DNA of 64,000 nucleotides from Octopus vulgaris (taxonomy: Eukaryota). How positions within the stretch are numbered: position 1 is the first letter of the stretch; every line of letters starts with the position of its first letter. This document shows positions 41,641-55,019 of this stretch, in pieces. The notes below the pieces were generated by a model. The model was not told the origin of the DNA, made no database searches, and saw only the letters and a program-made list of their open reading frames with translations. The position numbers were made by a program, and so were the translations under genes. Location of the stretch: assembly GCA_951406725.2 (NCBI GenBank), contig OX597818.1, positions 1,736,001 through 1,800,000 on the forward strand, written 5' to 3'.

Positions 41641-42900
41641 GAAGCATTAGCGAAAAGCAGTGTTTAGATATATGAGTATGTGTGCGTGTTTAGATGCATA
41701 TATATAGGTATATGTGTGTGTGTGTGTAGACACATGCATATATATATACGCACACATACACACGTACGTATGTCCGTGTATATACATACACACACTTATC
41801 AGTATTCATCTATCCATCTACCAATCTGTGTATGTGTATATGTGTGTGTGTGTGCGTACGTGCGCTTGTGTATATATATATATATATGTATATGTGCATA
41901 CGCATATATTACTATATATATATATATATTATATATGTGTGTGAGTGTCTTTTACACACACACAGTAGTTTATCTTGCAACACAGTCGCACCTTTAAGGT
42001 TTTCACATCATTGCATGAGAAAAAATAAAAACAACAAAAACACCAGCAGTTTGTGGAATGATTACAATAAGTAATCATTTCTGGCTCAGACACAATGCCA
42101 AGAATTGTAGTGGGATGAGCGTGTATAGTTCCCCTTATAAGGACCCAGTACATGAAGGGTACTTATTTTATCTATCTCAGAGGGAGGATGCCAGGCAAAG
42201 TTGACCTCAATAGGATCTGAAATAAAAATTTAATGGCCCGAAACTAAATACTGTAAAACGTTTTGTGGGACGCTCTACCGATTCTGGCAGCCAAGCTCTG
42301 ATGACTGATGAAAGAGGCAACATACGGCCATGATAACAGCGGAAATAATTATTTTTAGTTACTGGGTTCGAACCACCGACAGTGACTACCACTACTGAAA
42401 CACAATACCTACAATTTTTTTAATGCACTGGAAGAATATAAACGGGTGAAATTTTTAGTAATTAGTTGAGATTGTTAATTAAATGAATAAATGAAGCGAT
42501 CAATATATTGATCGTGTTATCGATAGGGTGACAATCAAGGTAGCTGACAATGTTACTCGCTTTACAACTTGAAGAATGAAGGTAAAAATGTTATGAGTGT
42601 TTTTGCAGAGCTAAGTAATTCCTTCAACGGAGTTTTGAAAGAGAGGATGAAACATAGGGAGGGGAAAGGAGAGAGAGAGAAGGAGAGAGGAAGGAAGGTA
42701 GAAAGAGAGGAGGAGGGGAAGGGAGTGACGAGAGGAGGGTAGGGGAGTGAAGAGAGGAGGAGGTAGGGACAGAGAGAGAGAGAGAGAGACAGAGAGAGAG
42801 ACATACAAACAAACAGCAGAAATTCAAAGTCATTGAAATGTTTCCCAGTGAGAAAATCATGAGAAATGACGTTTACGTACAGTAATCTCTCTCTCTCTCT

Positions 42901-43286
42901 TTTACTTGTTTCAGTCATTTGACTGCGGCCATGCTGGAGCACCACCTTTAGTCGAGCAAATCGACCCCGGGACTTATTCTTTGTAAGCCCAGTACTTATT
43001 CTATCGGTCTCTTTTGCCGAACCGCTAAGTAACGGGGACGTAAACACACCAGCATCGGTTGTCAAGCAATGCTAGGGGTACAAACACAGACACACAAACA
43101 CATACATATATATATATATATACGACAGGCTTCTTTCAGTTTCCGTCTACCAAATCCACTCACAAGGCATTGGTCGGCCCGAGGCTATAATAGAAGACAC
43201 TTGCCCAAGGTGCCACGCAGTGGGACTGAACCCGCAACCATGTGGCTGGTTAGCAAGCTACTTACCACACAGCCGCTCCTGCGCCT
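42901..43286 (-). mobile_element. SINE, second family, well preserved
   Basis: Full head ggcgcaggagcggctgtgtggtaagtagc through 3' gactgaaacaagtaaa. Confidence 0.9.
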
Positions 43287-44236
43287 GTTTCAGATTAAAA
43301 GAAATTTATGTCTTCACATCATTTGTATAAGAATAAAACAGTATCACCATCAACAACAGCAACAATTAAGACAAAACAACATCATCAACAATTATGAAAT
43401 TTATACATTTATGTAAAGCTAAAATAAGAACAACAACAACAACCATAGCAACTAATTTCTGAGTAGTGAATAATGGTTAGGAACCTTCCTGATTCCCTCT
43501 GTTTCTGCCAGTTCAATCAGCTTCTTTCCCTTCATTACGATTATCACACAGGGGTCTACTCTGTTCCTCTGGTTTATTACTAGTCTCTAACTGGTGAACA
43601 CATACATGAACACACACACAAACACACACACACTTTCGTCTGCCTCCGTTATATACATGTGTTTTTAAACAAAACGTCCACAAGAGATATTACCTCGCAT
43701 GAATACTACAGTACATTGTATCTATCACGTATTTATATTAATTGTGATGCATAAATGGTTATATATACATTTATATATACGACTGGCTTCCACACACCTT
43801 CTGTCTACCAAATTTACTTACAAGGCATTAATCGGCCCGGGGCTCTGGTAAATGGTGCCGCACAGTGGGACTGAACTCGAAACCACGTGGTTGAAAAAAT
43901 AATTAGATATTATTATAATAAACCGTTTGTCAGCAACAATCACAACAACGTGAATAACAATAACATCAACAACAATAATTATAGACTTCGAAATATGAAT
44001 TAGAAGCAAAACCGAATATATACCACCTATGTTTATAGTTTCCGCTGATAGTAGGGAGGTGTTGTGGTAAGTAGTCACTTGCGTCAAACTTTTACCCGGA
44101 AGTTACTCTGGCCAAATATTACGTATAAACAGGGTGGGACGTTGGTAAAGTGTTAATAATAGAAAGGATGTGGTAGTTTAAAGAGAGTTTCAAATCACTG
44201 ATGTATATATGTATGTATGTATGTATATATATATAC

Positions 44237-44448
44237 AACAATTGCAGCGTGGGAGGTGTTTATAAGCCATTTAAGAAACACACAAAAGCCGTTCGATTCA
44301 CTCCAACATTTAAGTTTAATTTGTCAAAATATTTTCGTCGCTAAAATCCGCGACCTGTTCACTGACAAAGTCCGTGCTGCAGCACGAATCGAACGGCTTT
44401 TGTGTGTTTCTTAAATGGCTTATAAACACCTCCCACGCTGCAATTGTT
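44237..44448. repeat. Perfect 63 bp inverted repeat with 86 bp spacer
   Basis: 44237-44299 is the exact reverse complement of 44386-44448. Confidence 0.95.
44320..44369 (-). ncRNA. Minimal hammerhead, G3-C8 core variant
   Basis: tttgtca GTGAACA g gtcgc-ggatttta-gcgac GAAA ATAT TT tgacaaa; 7 bp stem I, 5 bp stem II, palindrome AATATT. Confidence 0.75.
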
Positions 44449-44500
44449 TTCGTTTCAGCACACGATCTCAGATCAAATTACTTGGTATGCGAGTACATCT

Positions 44501-44555
<55 letters not shown>

Positions 44556-44574
44556 CATACATACATATATAAAT

Positions 44575-46160
44575 ATATATATATATAAAACTGAGAATGT
44601 GTGTGTGTCTGTCTGTCTGTGTGTTTCCCTAAAACTTGAGAACTACACAACTAATTTCATTCAAATTTTACACATGCCTTACTTAGGGTCCATGTAGTTT
44701 CATGGGCAAAAAGAATGTTCAACTTCTTGCCTAGGGCGAGCCCATAGCAATATCATATCTTCTCCGCTATTTCAGTATTACGTGTTAAAAGTGAAACAAA
44801 AATATTTCACTATTTTATGTCAGATACTTTCACTTTAACAATAAAAATTAGAGATAATAATAACAATTGAATTATATGTAGTAAGTAATAATTAAAATCA
44901 AACTAAAGTATAATATAATAATTAAATCGTAACATAACAAAAGTAAAGATAGCAACTGGTATAAAATTGCATCAATGGAAATAAATTAAAAATAAGATTA
45001 GCGTGCAGAAATGGAATAGTCCAGATGGAGCTGTGCACATACCTTTTACCACGGCTTTTACATTAGATTATCTGCTAATTAGCTAACATTAAGTATCTAT
45101 ATTAAGTTTGGCTGTATGTAATGTCTGTTTTCTCGAACAGCCGCTCCTACTGAGTACTGCTGCTGGTTTATTTCTTATACATAAAGAACTATAGCTTCAA
45201 CTGCCTACTGCTTTTTGATTCACCGTAAGGTTTGTTGTTATTATTATTACTGTTTAACTATTGTTATCACGTTTATTGGTTCCTCGTAAGGGAAACGTTG
45301 TTGTGTTGCATTTGTTAAATAATTGTAAACTGTAACCCTCCCCCTTTGGGAGAAGGAGCTTTGATTATTGTTTAAAAATTGAATTGTGTCCCTGTTTGGG
45401 GAAATTGACAATATTTTCACCGTTTATACGGAAGCATATTTGTTAGAATGCCTTCGATAGAAGAAAGTCCAAAAATGAATTTCGCTGCAGCCGTCGGCGG
45501 GCGCGCACTCATTAAAATTAAAATGGAAGAAATACAAACCTATTTCAGAATGATCACCGACAAAGACGGTGAATCTAGGATAACACCACCAAACGAAATA
45601 AAAAATTAAATTAAAGAAAAGACTATTGTCTATAAAGTATACAATGTAGAGAAAAAAAAAGATTTGAACATAGGGAGGAAAGCACCATCGAAAAGTGTCT
45701 TGGTGCGACTATGAAAGATGTCTAACCAGAGGCGGTAAATTCGCCACGATAGAAGTAAGGTTCGAGTCAACGGAGCATGCAAGGGAGTACTCGACTCGAA
45801 CCTTGCAAAGTGGAAATATGTATTTTTACCTTTATATCTGGGACGTAGGACGTCCGGATAAAAACTTTAAAATGCTCCTTCCCCCCAGAAGTAGAGGTAG
45901 GCTGGCTTGTAGCCACTCTTCTATACAAGAGGGAGGACAAGAATCAAATGATCGAAATTGCAAGAGACGGGCCTACAATTCCAGTCTGTTATATATTTTG
46001 AGTATTGTTATCACTAGCGATATCAAGATATAACTTTGTATTTTGTATTTTATGTGTAGATGTATAGATATAGATGTACATGTAATATGTACACATATAT
46101 ATATACACATATATACATGCACTAGCACTATGACCCGGCAACGACGGGTCATAATGCTAG
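44575..46160 (+). mobile_element. Non-autonomous Helitron, second family, carrying a Tx1 ORF1 fragment
   Basis: 5' atatataaaactgagaatgtg (exact start lost in TA repeat), 3' gacccggcaacgacgggtc hairpin plus CTAG|T. Confidence 0.85.
45448..45965 (+). pseudogene. Captured Tx1-like ORF1 N-terminal fragment
   Basis: KMNFAAA..PPNEI..EKTIVYKVYNV..TRGGKFATIEVRF..AREYST aligns by eye to KINFASA..PPSEL..RKTVIYKTYNV..TRGSRFGTVEVRF..AREHST at 61.8-62.15 kb. Confidence 0.8.
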
Positions 46161-46166
46161 TATATA

Positions 46167-46216
<50 letters not shown>

Positions 46217-46392
46217 CACATATATATATACACACATATATATATATATATATATTAAAATTTCTAAGTTTCTCTAAAGGTGACTACGGCAGCGGTACTG
46301 GATATTAATTGTTATCGCCAAGCTAACATGGCAGTCCAGAAATATAGGACGAATGCTGCTGTTAATTAGCTCCAAGAGGCCATCGCCTCTAG

Positions 46393-46429
<37 letters not shown>

Positions 46430-47749
46430 CGCAGAGAATGACGCAAGTAAACAAATAAAACTGCTTGGGTCTGATATAAAATGCGTGTATGTATGTATGT
46501 ATGTATGAAAATAGAGAAACAACACAACTGAAAATGTTCAAATGATGTGTAAATATATAGATATATATTAACAGTGCATACTTAAACTGAGTACAAAAGA
46601 CGCAGGCAATTATAAGGGAGAAGGTATGGTATTACAAGTCCGACAGTAGTTTCTGAAGGCTCGGAGTTACTTCATATGTTTGGCAAAATGTAGTTCACCA
46701 GAATATGCAACCAGTAATGGTAGCAAATGAACATTGGTTAGATCCGGAGAAATAAAAATCTGACATTTCATATCATGATGCAGGGAAATTTAAATATTTA
46801 TTTGCTTTCATTACTGGTTGCATATTCAATTGAGCTACATCTGAACTCCTAGGTTTTGGAAGACATTCTTCTAGGTACCTTATGTCCTGCCAAATGATTC
46901 CATATCGACAGCCTATTTGGACTTTATCATAAATCTCATTTTTTATTGCTCCCCACTTCTAAAAAATTGACATTTATTATAAAATATCTCGTTTTTATTT
47001 ATCTATAATTTTTAACACATCCTAAATTACTGTCATTTATCTTGCTTTTCTCCATTTTTCATTTTCTTGCTTGCATATATTTTACACACTTGTCTATTTC
47101 TACGAATGTATACACATATTTATTGTGTATGTGTGTGTACACTTTCTATGTGTTAATATGATTGTATTTATGTATCTTCCTATGTTATTTTGCATGTGTA
47201 AATATTTAGATATGCGTGTGCGTACACATACACACACACACATACTAATATATAAATATATAATAAAATTATATTAAAGGGTGCGGATAAACCCCACCAA
47301 TACGCTAGAAATAGACGCCAAATGGCTCTAAAACTACATCTACTCTCCGTTAGCACACTTGCAAGCGAGCAGATGAATAAATGAATAAGCCTTTTTTTTA
47401 AATGGTTAATTGTAGATCGATTTCTGGTTTAGGATTGTAAAACCCCTTGCTGTCATCAGTACAATATGCCTATAGTTGATAAATGCAAATATTTACAAGT
47501 CCATACGAACAACATATATCGGCACGATTATATACATACATTTACATCCATACGCTAGTTAAATCTAAATTTTTCATCTCAACTACGTGCTTTTACGATG
47601 AAAATAATATCGCAGCGAATCCTTTAATATAATTATGTTATATAATTATATATTAGTATAAATTGTTACCTATATGGTTTTATTACACGTTGGCAACTAG
47701 ATAAACTCATGAAAATGGTTTTATCCTTAATTTTGCATAAATACATATA

Positions 47750-47795
<46 letters not shown>

Positions 47796-48469
47796 GTATA
47801 TATATATTTGTTGTGCAAGACTTTTTATGTGTGAAGTCGTGTGTTGAAACAGATATTGTTATATTTCGGAATGGTCATTTTGCCAGTTTAGCCAATAAAG
47901 ACACACGCATAATATATTTGGTGTTATTTTGCTTCAGTGTTTTTTACATTAATCTTAATCTTATTTCGGACAGAGTTATTTCGTCACACTCCTGTGACCG
48001 CATCAGTGGTCCTTTGTTTTCTTCTTTCTTATTTGTGTTTCTCTTTACTAACCGTCAGCCATTTTGTATTTCTATTGTATGTCTTCATTTGCGCATGTTT
48101 ATATCTCTATGTGCGTCTATGTTTATTTAGTGTGTCGGGGGATGCCTACATAATATTTGTATCTTCTGTTTATATACGTTCATGTAATTTGTTTTTGTTG
48201 TTGTTTTTGTTTATTCTTATTTTGTTCATGTGTTTACATCCACTTATTATTATTATCATTACGTATGCTTGTATGTATATATGTATAACAACAATACTAG
48301 TAATAATAATAATTATAATAATAATAATAAATAAATAGATCTTTAAATTAAACAAAAAAACTTATATAGTTATTTATTTCTATTTGTTTATTTATCTGTG
48401 TATTTTATTTATTATGTTTTCGGTGTTGTTTATATTGTAACCAGTTTATGGGGATCCTCTACCGTCATA

Positions 48470-48780
48470 TGTTGTGGTGTGTGCTAGTGTTCCATTCCAG
48501 TTTCCTATTCAGGCTAGGTTTATCTTCTATTATGTGTGTAGCTTCTGTAATTGTCTGATTGTTACATCTGTTCTATGTGTGGACAATATTTTAATTTCTA
48601 TGTTGTTGATTGACCCCCCGTGTTCCTGTTCGGCGTGTTGGTACAGAATCGATGAGCTTTTACCTTCCTTAAGTCCTCTCCAATGTTCATTTACCCGCTC
48701 TCCTATGCTTCTTACCGTTTCCCCTACGTATGTCGTGGCTGCATCGTCACTCTATACATCTTATACTATAGACTACATTT
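48470..48780 (-). pseudogene. GIY-YIG endonuclease remnant (not in the ORF track)
   Basis: NVVYSIRCIE / TYVGETVRSIGERVNEH..LYQHAEQEH..IRQ / EATHIIEDKPSLNRKLEW, with two frameshifts. Confidence 0.85.
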
Positions 48781-48817
48781 CTATATAAGTTTTTTTTGTT
48801 TAATTTAAAAGATTTTT

Positions 48818-48861
<44 letters not shown>

Positions 48862-49154
48862 TAGTATTGTTGTTATACATACATACATACATACAAGCAT
48901 ACGTAATGATAATAATAATAAGTGGATGTAAACACATGAACAAAATAAGAATAAACAAAAATAACAACAAAAACAAATTACATGAACGTATATAAACAGA
49001 AGATACAAATATTACAGGCATCCCCCACACACACTAAATAAACATAGACGCACATAGAGATATAAGCATGCGCAAATGAAGACATACAATAGAAATACAA
49101 AATGGCTGACGGTTAGTAAAGAGAGACACAAATAAGAAAGAAAAAAAAAACAAA

Positions 49155-49199
49155 GGACCACTGATGCGGTCACAGAAGTGTGACGAAAGAACTCTGTCC
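49155..49199 (+). ncRNA. Hammerhead-like motif with CUGAUGC core (mirror copy at 47968-48012, minus strand)
   Basis: ggacca CTGATGC g gtcac-agaagt-gtgac GAAA GAAC TC tgtcc. Confidence 0.55.
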
Positions 49200-49298
49200 G
49201 AAATAAGATTAAGATTAATGTAAAAAACACTGAAGCAAAATAACACCAAATATATAGTGTAGCGGATGTAGCTTCTTTTCTGAACTTGTCACCCCTTT

Positions 49299-49354
<56 letters not shown>

Positions 49355-49699
49355 TGAATCACTCTTAATGTATATAAGCATCTTCTGAATCACTTACCAT
49401 ATACAGTAAATATACTGAATCACTGTTATTGTATATTATAGATTAATCTGTATAATGTGTTTGTTATGAGAACTTAATAAAAAATATGCGTATATAAATA
49501 TAATAAGTAAACAAGTAAATTGTTATTGATGGTTATTTGACAAAGGAAAAGTAATAAATGCCTCCATTAATAGACTTTGAACTTGGAAACAAAAAGCGAA
49601 TATTGAAAATTAGTGATATTCTTGCACTAGTCTAACCTCGCGTTTCCATCATTAAATGAAGTTCAAAGACACAGTTGGTATAGGTTATCACGAAGTAGA

Positions 49700-50800
49700 C
49701 TTGATATGAGCGATTGTATTGGTTTAGTGAAGCACGGAACAATGGATTAACAGATATAAATGGAAAAAATGAAACGTAGGACATAGCATTCGCCCCGCAA
49801 GAAGATGATAGGATGTCTACAGTGTAGGACCCTTTGGTTAATATGAGTTATGATAATCTCGTTATCTAGATGGACAGAGGAAGAGACTACTTCGACATTT
49901 TTCGCGGATCAGGTAGAACAAAGATAAGGCCAAACTAAGTTTCTTGTAACTTTTGATGGATTTCGCATATTCTCGTTGGCTTTGCTGATTCGGCAGAGAT
50001 TTCCGAGGGTTAGACCCATAGGTTTTCAGTAGTCTTGCTGTTTCTTTGTGATTCTTCTGTACCTCAGTAGTTCAGGCATGGTTGTGGGACAGACAGGTAA
50101 ATCTTCGCTCATCGAAGTTTGAAAGATTATTGTGAGATCCGCCAGATGGAGCTAGATGTCGTACTGAGACTCTACTTTTTACTTTTGGAAAATATTATAT
50201 TGCGTAGTGTGGGACACACTCTCATAAATCGATCTCCCGACATAAACATTGTCTTTTCATTGACGTTGTGATTTCGCATTAGCACAGTTCAAGGAAGGCG
50301 TTGTGCCGTATCTAACTTTTGCTGGTGAGTTACATTGATGTTGGTGCAGAGTAAAGATCTGATGAATTGAAGGACATAAAAAAAACATGCAAGTCTTGGA
50401 TTTCAATGAGAAAGAGATGGTGTTCCAAAGGTCGACGTTGTGTATTTTCTATCTGACCGTTATTACGTGGACTGTAGTCTACTGTACAACTGGTAGCAAT
50501 GTTCGTTTTGTACAGTTATTGTTGTACTCCTTACTTTAAAAAAATGCGGGTAATCGCAATTAGAATACATTAAGGAAAACATGCCAAGTATGGTTAAGAG
50601 CTTTGACAATAATCGATAGCAGAGAAAAATTTCACATGAAAATAGGAAAAATTTAAGTGGAAGTGATATTCCGCAATAACGCGCAATACTTCCTACGAGA
50701 ATCGGAAGGAAGGAGACCCTAAAAACGGAGCCTTTCGAATAGTTGTGTTCATTCTCTCGGTCGAATGAAAACTTAAAATTCTTTGTCATAACGCTCAAAC
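49700..50800 (-). mobile_element. Possible very old APE-type LINE endonuclease/linker remnant
   Basis: LAPSGGSHNNL resembles the APE 'PLGSSDH' motif; little else is readable. Confidence 0.3.
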
Positions 50801-50859
50801 GTTACCAAAATAGGATTATCTTTCTTGTCAGAGTTTCAAGTGAGGTCGTTCACTTTCTC

Positions 50860-51735
50860 ACAGCAGTCACGCAAGAACATCATCAGCAGCGTTATTCTTT
50901 CCCGGACAGTAAATGACCGCCGAAATCAGGGGAGTTCGCTTCGTCATGGTTAATTTTGTCGTTCTCTTTTCCTTTCTTCTTTCTGTCATACATGATGGTG
51001 ACTGATTACAGATCAGAATGATCAGAAGTTAGGGAGATGAGTAGGGTGGGGGTGCCTGAGAGGAAGAAGAACAGAAACCGCTGTCGTAGAAATAATAAAG
51101 GTGGGACCTAGAAAATGTCTGTTAGTGAGTGGAGATGTATATTCGGGTGTGGTCCAGGATGTGAGTTGTATCAACACCTTCTCAGACGTGGGCCCTTACT
51201 ACATTGTGGGTATTAAAGGAGCCTTGTAAAGTGGTAACAACTTTTGTGGGCTGAAATATCTTCGGGCCTGAAGCAATGGGCCAGTCAGTGAAATGCATTC
51301 GCAGAGAAAGTTACTCAACGACAGTGAGACCCAGTATTTGCAGCGACTGTGAGGGCTTTAGCTGGGGGTTGTTCGAGTTTAGGAGAAATGTGGTGCAGTG
51401 GTGTTTTTTTTTGGGGGGGGGGGGTAGAAATGAGTGGTGCTTGAATTCTTGATTTTTCTGTTGAAGGATGCAAGGTGTGCATGACTTCACTAAAGAGTGC
51501 TGTAAATGTCTCTTTTCATGGCACGAAAGCAAATTTGTCGGGCGGGAAGCAGGTTGAGTGAGGATGATACATGGCTGGAGAAATTTAAGGAACAATGATA
51601 GTTTGTTTCGTCCGTAGAAAAATGGACCGTTTGGATGTGGCAACAAGTAGGTCACTGATTTATTGAAGGAAGAAAATAGGGGACAAAACAGAACCTTGGG
51701 AAACACTAGATTTGACTGAGAGTGGGACAGAAAAT
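50860..51735 (-). mobile_element. CR1/L2-group LINE RT 3' fragment
   Basis: SVSQGSVLSPIFF..ISDL, SLQILGLT and a later LYK motif; frameshifted. Confidence 0.7.
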
Positions 51736-51948
51736 TTTGATATGTTGCCGAATTTAGGAAACGTCGGCAGCTCGCCTACTCTAAACCTATAGGATATTCT
51801 ATAAAGACAGACGGAAAGATTCTTATTGATCAACCTCAGTATAAGAAATTTGTGGCAAACACATTTTAAAGTATTCTACTCTACATTTTTAAACAGCTCT
51901 ACTGTTTCACAACACTCTGCTTTCAAACGATAGAGGAATACATATAAT

Positions 51949-52160
51949 GCAGCGAGCTGGCAGAGTCGTTAGTATGCAGGGTAAAAGGCTTAGTGGCATC
52001 CCGTCTGTCTTTACGTTGAGTTCAAATTCCCCTGAAGTTGACTTTGTCTTTCATCCTTTTGAGGTCGATAAAATAAGTATCAGTTGAGCACTGGGTTGAT
52101 GTAATCGACTTACTCCATCATATCGAAATTGCTGGCGTTGTGCCAACATTTGAAACTATC
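51949..52160 (+). mobile_element. Meta-like SINE
   Basis: gcagcgagctggcagagtcgttag..ttcatccttttgaggtcgataaaataagtatcag. Confidence 0.8.
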
Positions 52161-53180
52161 TGTTTATGTAATATATAGTCACTAAAACAGCTTATGCAAT
52201 ATATAGTCACTAAAACTGGTGATTTCAGGAAAAAGGCAATGAGAACTAATGATTTTAATGTTGTCTCTAATGGAACATAACTATAGAAGTGAGAATTTTA
52301 TCGGAGACGCGAACACACTTTTTCATGAACTCCATTACATGCTAAATAAACATCCATTTTTTTTCTAATAATAATACAGTATTTTCTTTGTAAGGAAAGT
52401 AAGATTTAATAAATTTACTTGGTTCAATCACCTTAGTAATGTGTATTTTATCAACTCTAATATAACAAAAGTGAAAACATCCTTGACAGAAGTCAATTTG
52501 CTATTTTTATTAAGAGTTTACTGTTGCATAATTTTTTTTCATTTTTGCTTAATCATAGACTTGAAGTCTTGAAAAAGAAATTAGAAACTTTCATGATCAT
52601 ACCTTTCTCAAGATCATTACCAACGTAAATGAAATATAATGACTTCAATCAGAGAATGAAACTATGCAATGGATTCAACATACCGGAAGATTAGCTCTGC
52701 AGTCTGCGTTCGTCACATTCTTTACATTAACTAAGCTCAAGTATTCAGTACAAACATTCTCTACATAATGTTCATAATATGGGCAAAGCAGACATCTTAT
52801 CATGGTCTTCAAAACTTCGTCTAATATCCGGAGATAGAAATTTGTGAAAAATGAATACAAAATTAGGTAGAAGACAGTTCTAAAATTGAGCTGGTTTCGA
52901 TTTTCTGTCGGAAGGACTTACAATTATCATGTTAATAACTTTAGAGGAATGGATAGACGTCAGAATATCCTTCTTAAATTCTGCACTTTTTTTTCTAGGA
53001 GCTTATTATTTTGATATGGATCTAATGAATGGATTAACAGAATCAGTTAATTCCTCTTTATAAACATTAGCCTAATCGCCCTTATATTTTACGAAATGTA
53101 GGCCAGATATAGAGAAGTGCTTAACTTAATCGCTTGACCTGCTAGAAATAACAGTTCTTTTTTTTTTCTTTTTTTTTTCA

Positions 53181-53570
53181 TTTTACTTGTTTCAGTCATT
53201 TGAGAGCGGCCACGCTGGAGCAGTGCCTTTAGCACCAGGACTTATTCTTTGTAAGCCTATTACATATTCTATCGGTCTCTATTGCCGTACCGTTAAGTTA
53301 CCGGGACGTAAACACACTTACATCGGTTGTCAAGAGATGGTTGGGGGACAAACACAGGCACATAAACACACACACACACACAGATATATACGACGGGCTT
53401 CTTTCAGTTTCCGCTTGTTTCGGATGCTGTCTACCAAATCCACTAACAAGACTTTGGTCGGCCCGAGGTTATAGTAGAAGACATTTGCCCAAGGTGCCAC
53501 GCAGTGGGACTGAACCTGGAACTATGTGGTTGGGAAGCAAGCTTCTTACCATACAGCCGCTCCTGCCCCT
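53181..53570 (-). mobile_element. SINE, second family
   Basis: Homologous to 42901-43286. Confidence 0.85.
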
Positions 53571-53883
53571 ATTACATTCTCAACTTACCGACTACCTTCT
53601 TTCAAAAAGTGGACTGATGAATATGTTGGATAATGGCATTCTAGATGCACAATGCCAGAAAAAAGTCACATGTGGATGCCAAAAAGAAGTCACGCGTGGA
53701 AGTTTAATTAAAATAATCTAGTTGTTGTTTATAGTTAAAAAATTTATTTTTACATATAAAATTCTTTTAAAGGGAATATTTTCTGAGACAGTAAAAATAC
53801 TTCATCATCCGAAATGTTTTGTCTGTAGTTAAGATATATTGATATGAAATATGGAGTATAAAGCACTATTGTTTGACATTTAA

Positions 53884-54392
53884 CCCATCGTGGGCCGGGT
53901 GGGGTTGGAATTACACAAAAGGCCATTGGGATGCCCTTTTATTTTTGCGCATTTCCGCACTATCCTAAAAGTAATATTTATTTAATCTTATATATATGCA
54001 TGATACAGAACAAGAAATTTTGCACTTTTTTTATGGTTTTATAAACTATACATATAGCACTAAATATAAAATAAAGCAAAAAGAATAAAAGAAAAAGTAT
54101 ATCGATTGATACCAGTACAAATACGAAGTAAACTGACTTATAGTTCATCAGAATATCTGAAAAAAGAACAGAAAAATTATTTCACAGAAGACCAATGGGT
54201 CCAGTTGGACCCTCAATGACAATATTTTATGTTATAACATGGGAAATTTTTTAATTCAAAATTTGTATGAGCATACATAAACTATTGGCAATAAAAGTGA
54301 TGATAAAAAAACCATTTAAATAAAAAATGTAAAAGTTGCATAACTTTTAGAATTTGCTGTAGTCCTAAGGGACTCTTTAGGCCCACGAATGG
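53884..54392. mobile_element. piggyBac-type MITE
   Basis: TTAA|cccatcgtgggcc ... ggcccacgaatgg|TTAA. Confidence 0.75.
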
Positions 54393-54932
54393 TTAACTAG
54401 AGAAATTAGTTTGAATTTCATTTCTATTTATTAACAATTCTTTGCAGGAAAATAGTAGTTTAATTTTCTTTAATATTGACATGATTATATTGTTATTAAT
54501 ATCAGATTCTCCATCCCTTCACCATTTAGAGAGAATTCATTTTATCATCAATTTAGTGAGCGGATGCAGTTATATTGAAAGCAGTAAATTACTGCTTACT
54601 GACCGGATGTTCTCTGCCAAAATCAAAACTCAAATTTTATGACTGTACCCTCAAAAAATCAGATGTTAATTAATTCAAATGATATATCATTTTACTATAA
54701 ATGCAGATCGAAACATTTTACATTTTCAGTGACAATTCTTGCTCTACTCTTTGTTCAGTAATCTCTTCATGTGCTGTTTCACTAAAATATATTTTATAAT
54801 ACAGAGTATTATAAGATATAAAACGCAAAACATGAAACATGAAATATAAGACACAAAACATTATAAAACACAACATGAAACTGACAAAATTTGAACTTTG
54901 AAATTATTTACGTCTATATCTTTAAAAAAAAC

Positions 54933-55018
<86 letters not shown>

Positions 55019-55019
<1 letters not shown>

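Larger units (their letters stand above)
47913..49255 (-). mobile_element. Penelope-like element with inverted pLTRs
   Basis: ~460 bp inverted arms (47913-48368 / 48781-49255) around a minus-strand GIY-YIG remnant. Confidence 0.9.

Noticed and set aside
42295-42317. CTGATGA..GAAA
   Set aside because: No stem II or III; likely chance, at a SINE edge
46320-46395. Two hairpins next to (TA)n
   Set aside because: No match to a ribozyme core I can verify by eye
48740-48765. TGA at the second Cys of the GIY-YIG CxxC, suggesting selenocysteine
   Set aside because: The frame also shifts here; a 2 bp deletion in tgt-gac explains both the stop and the shift
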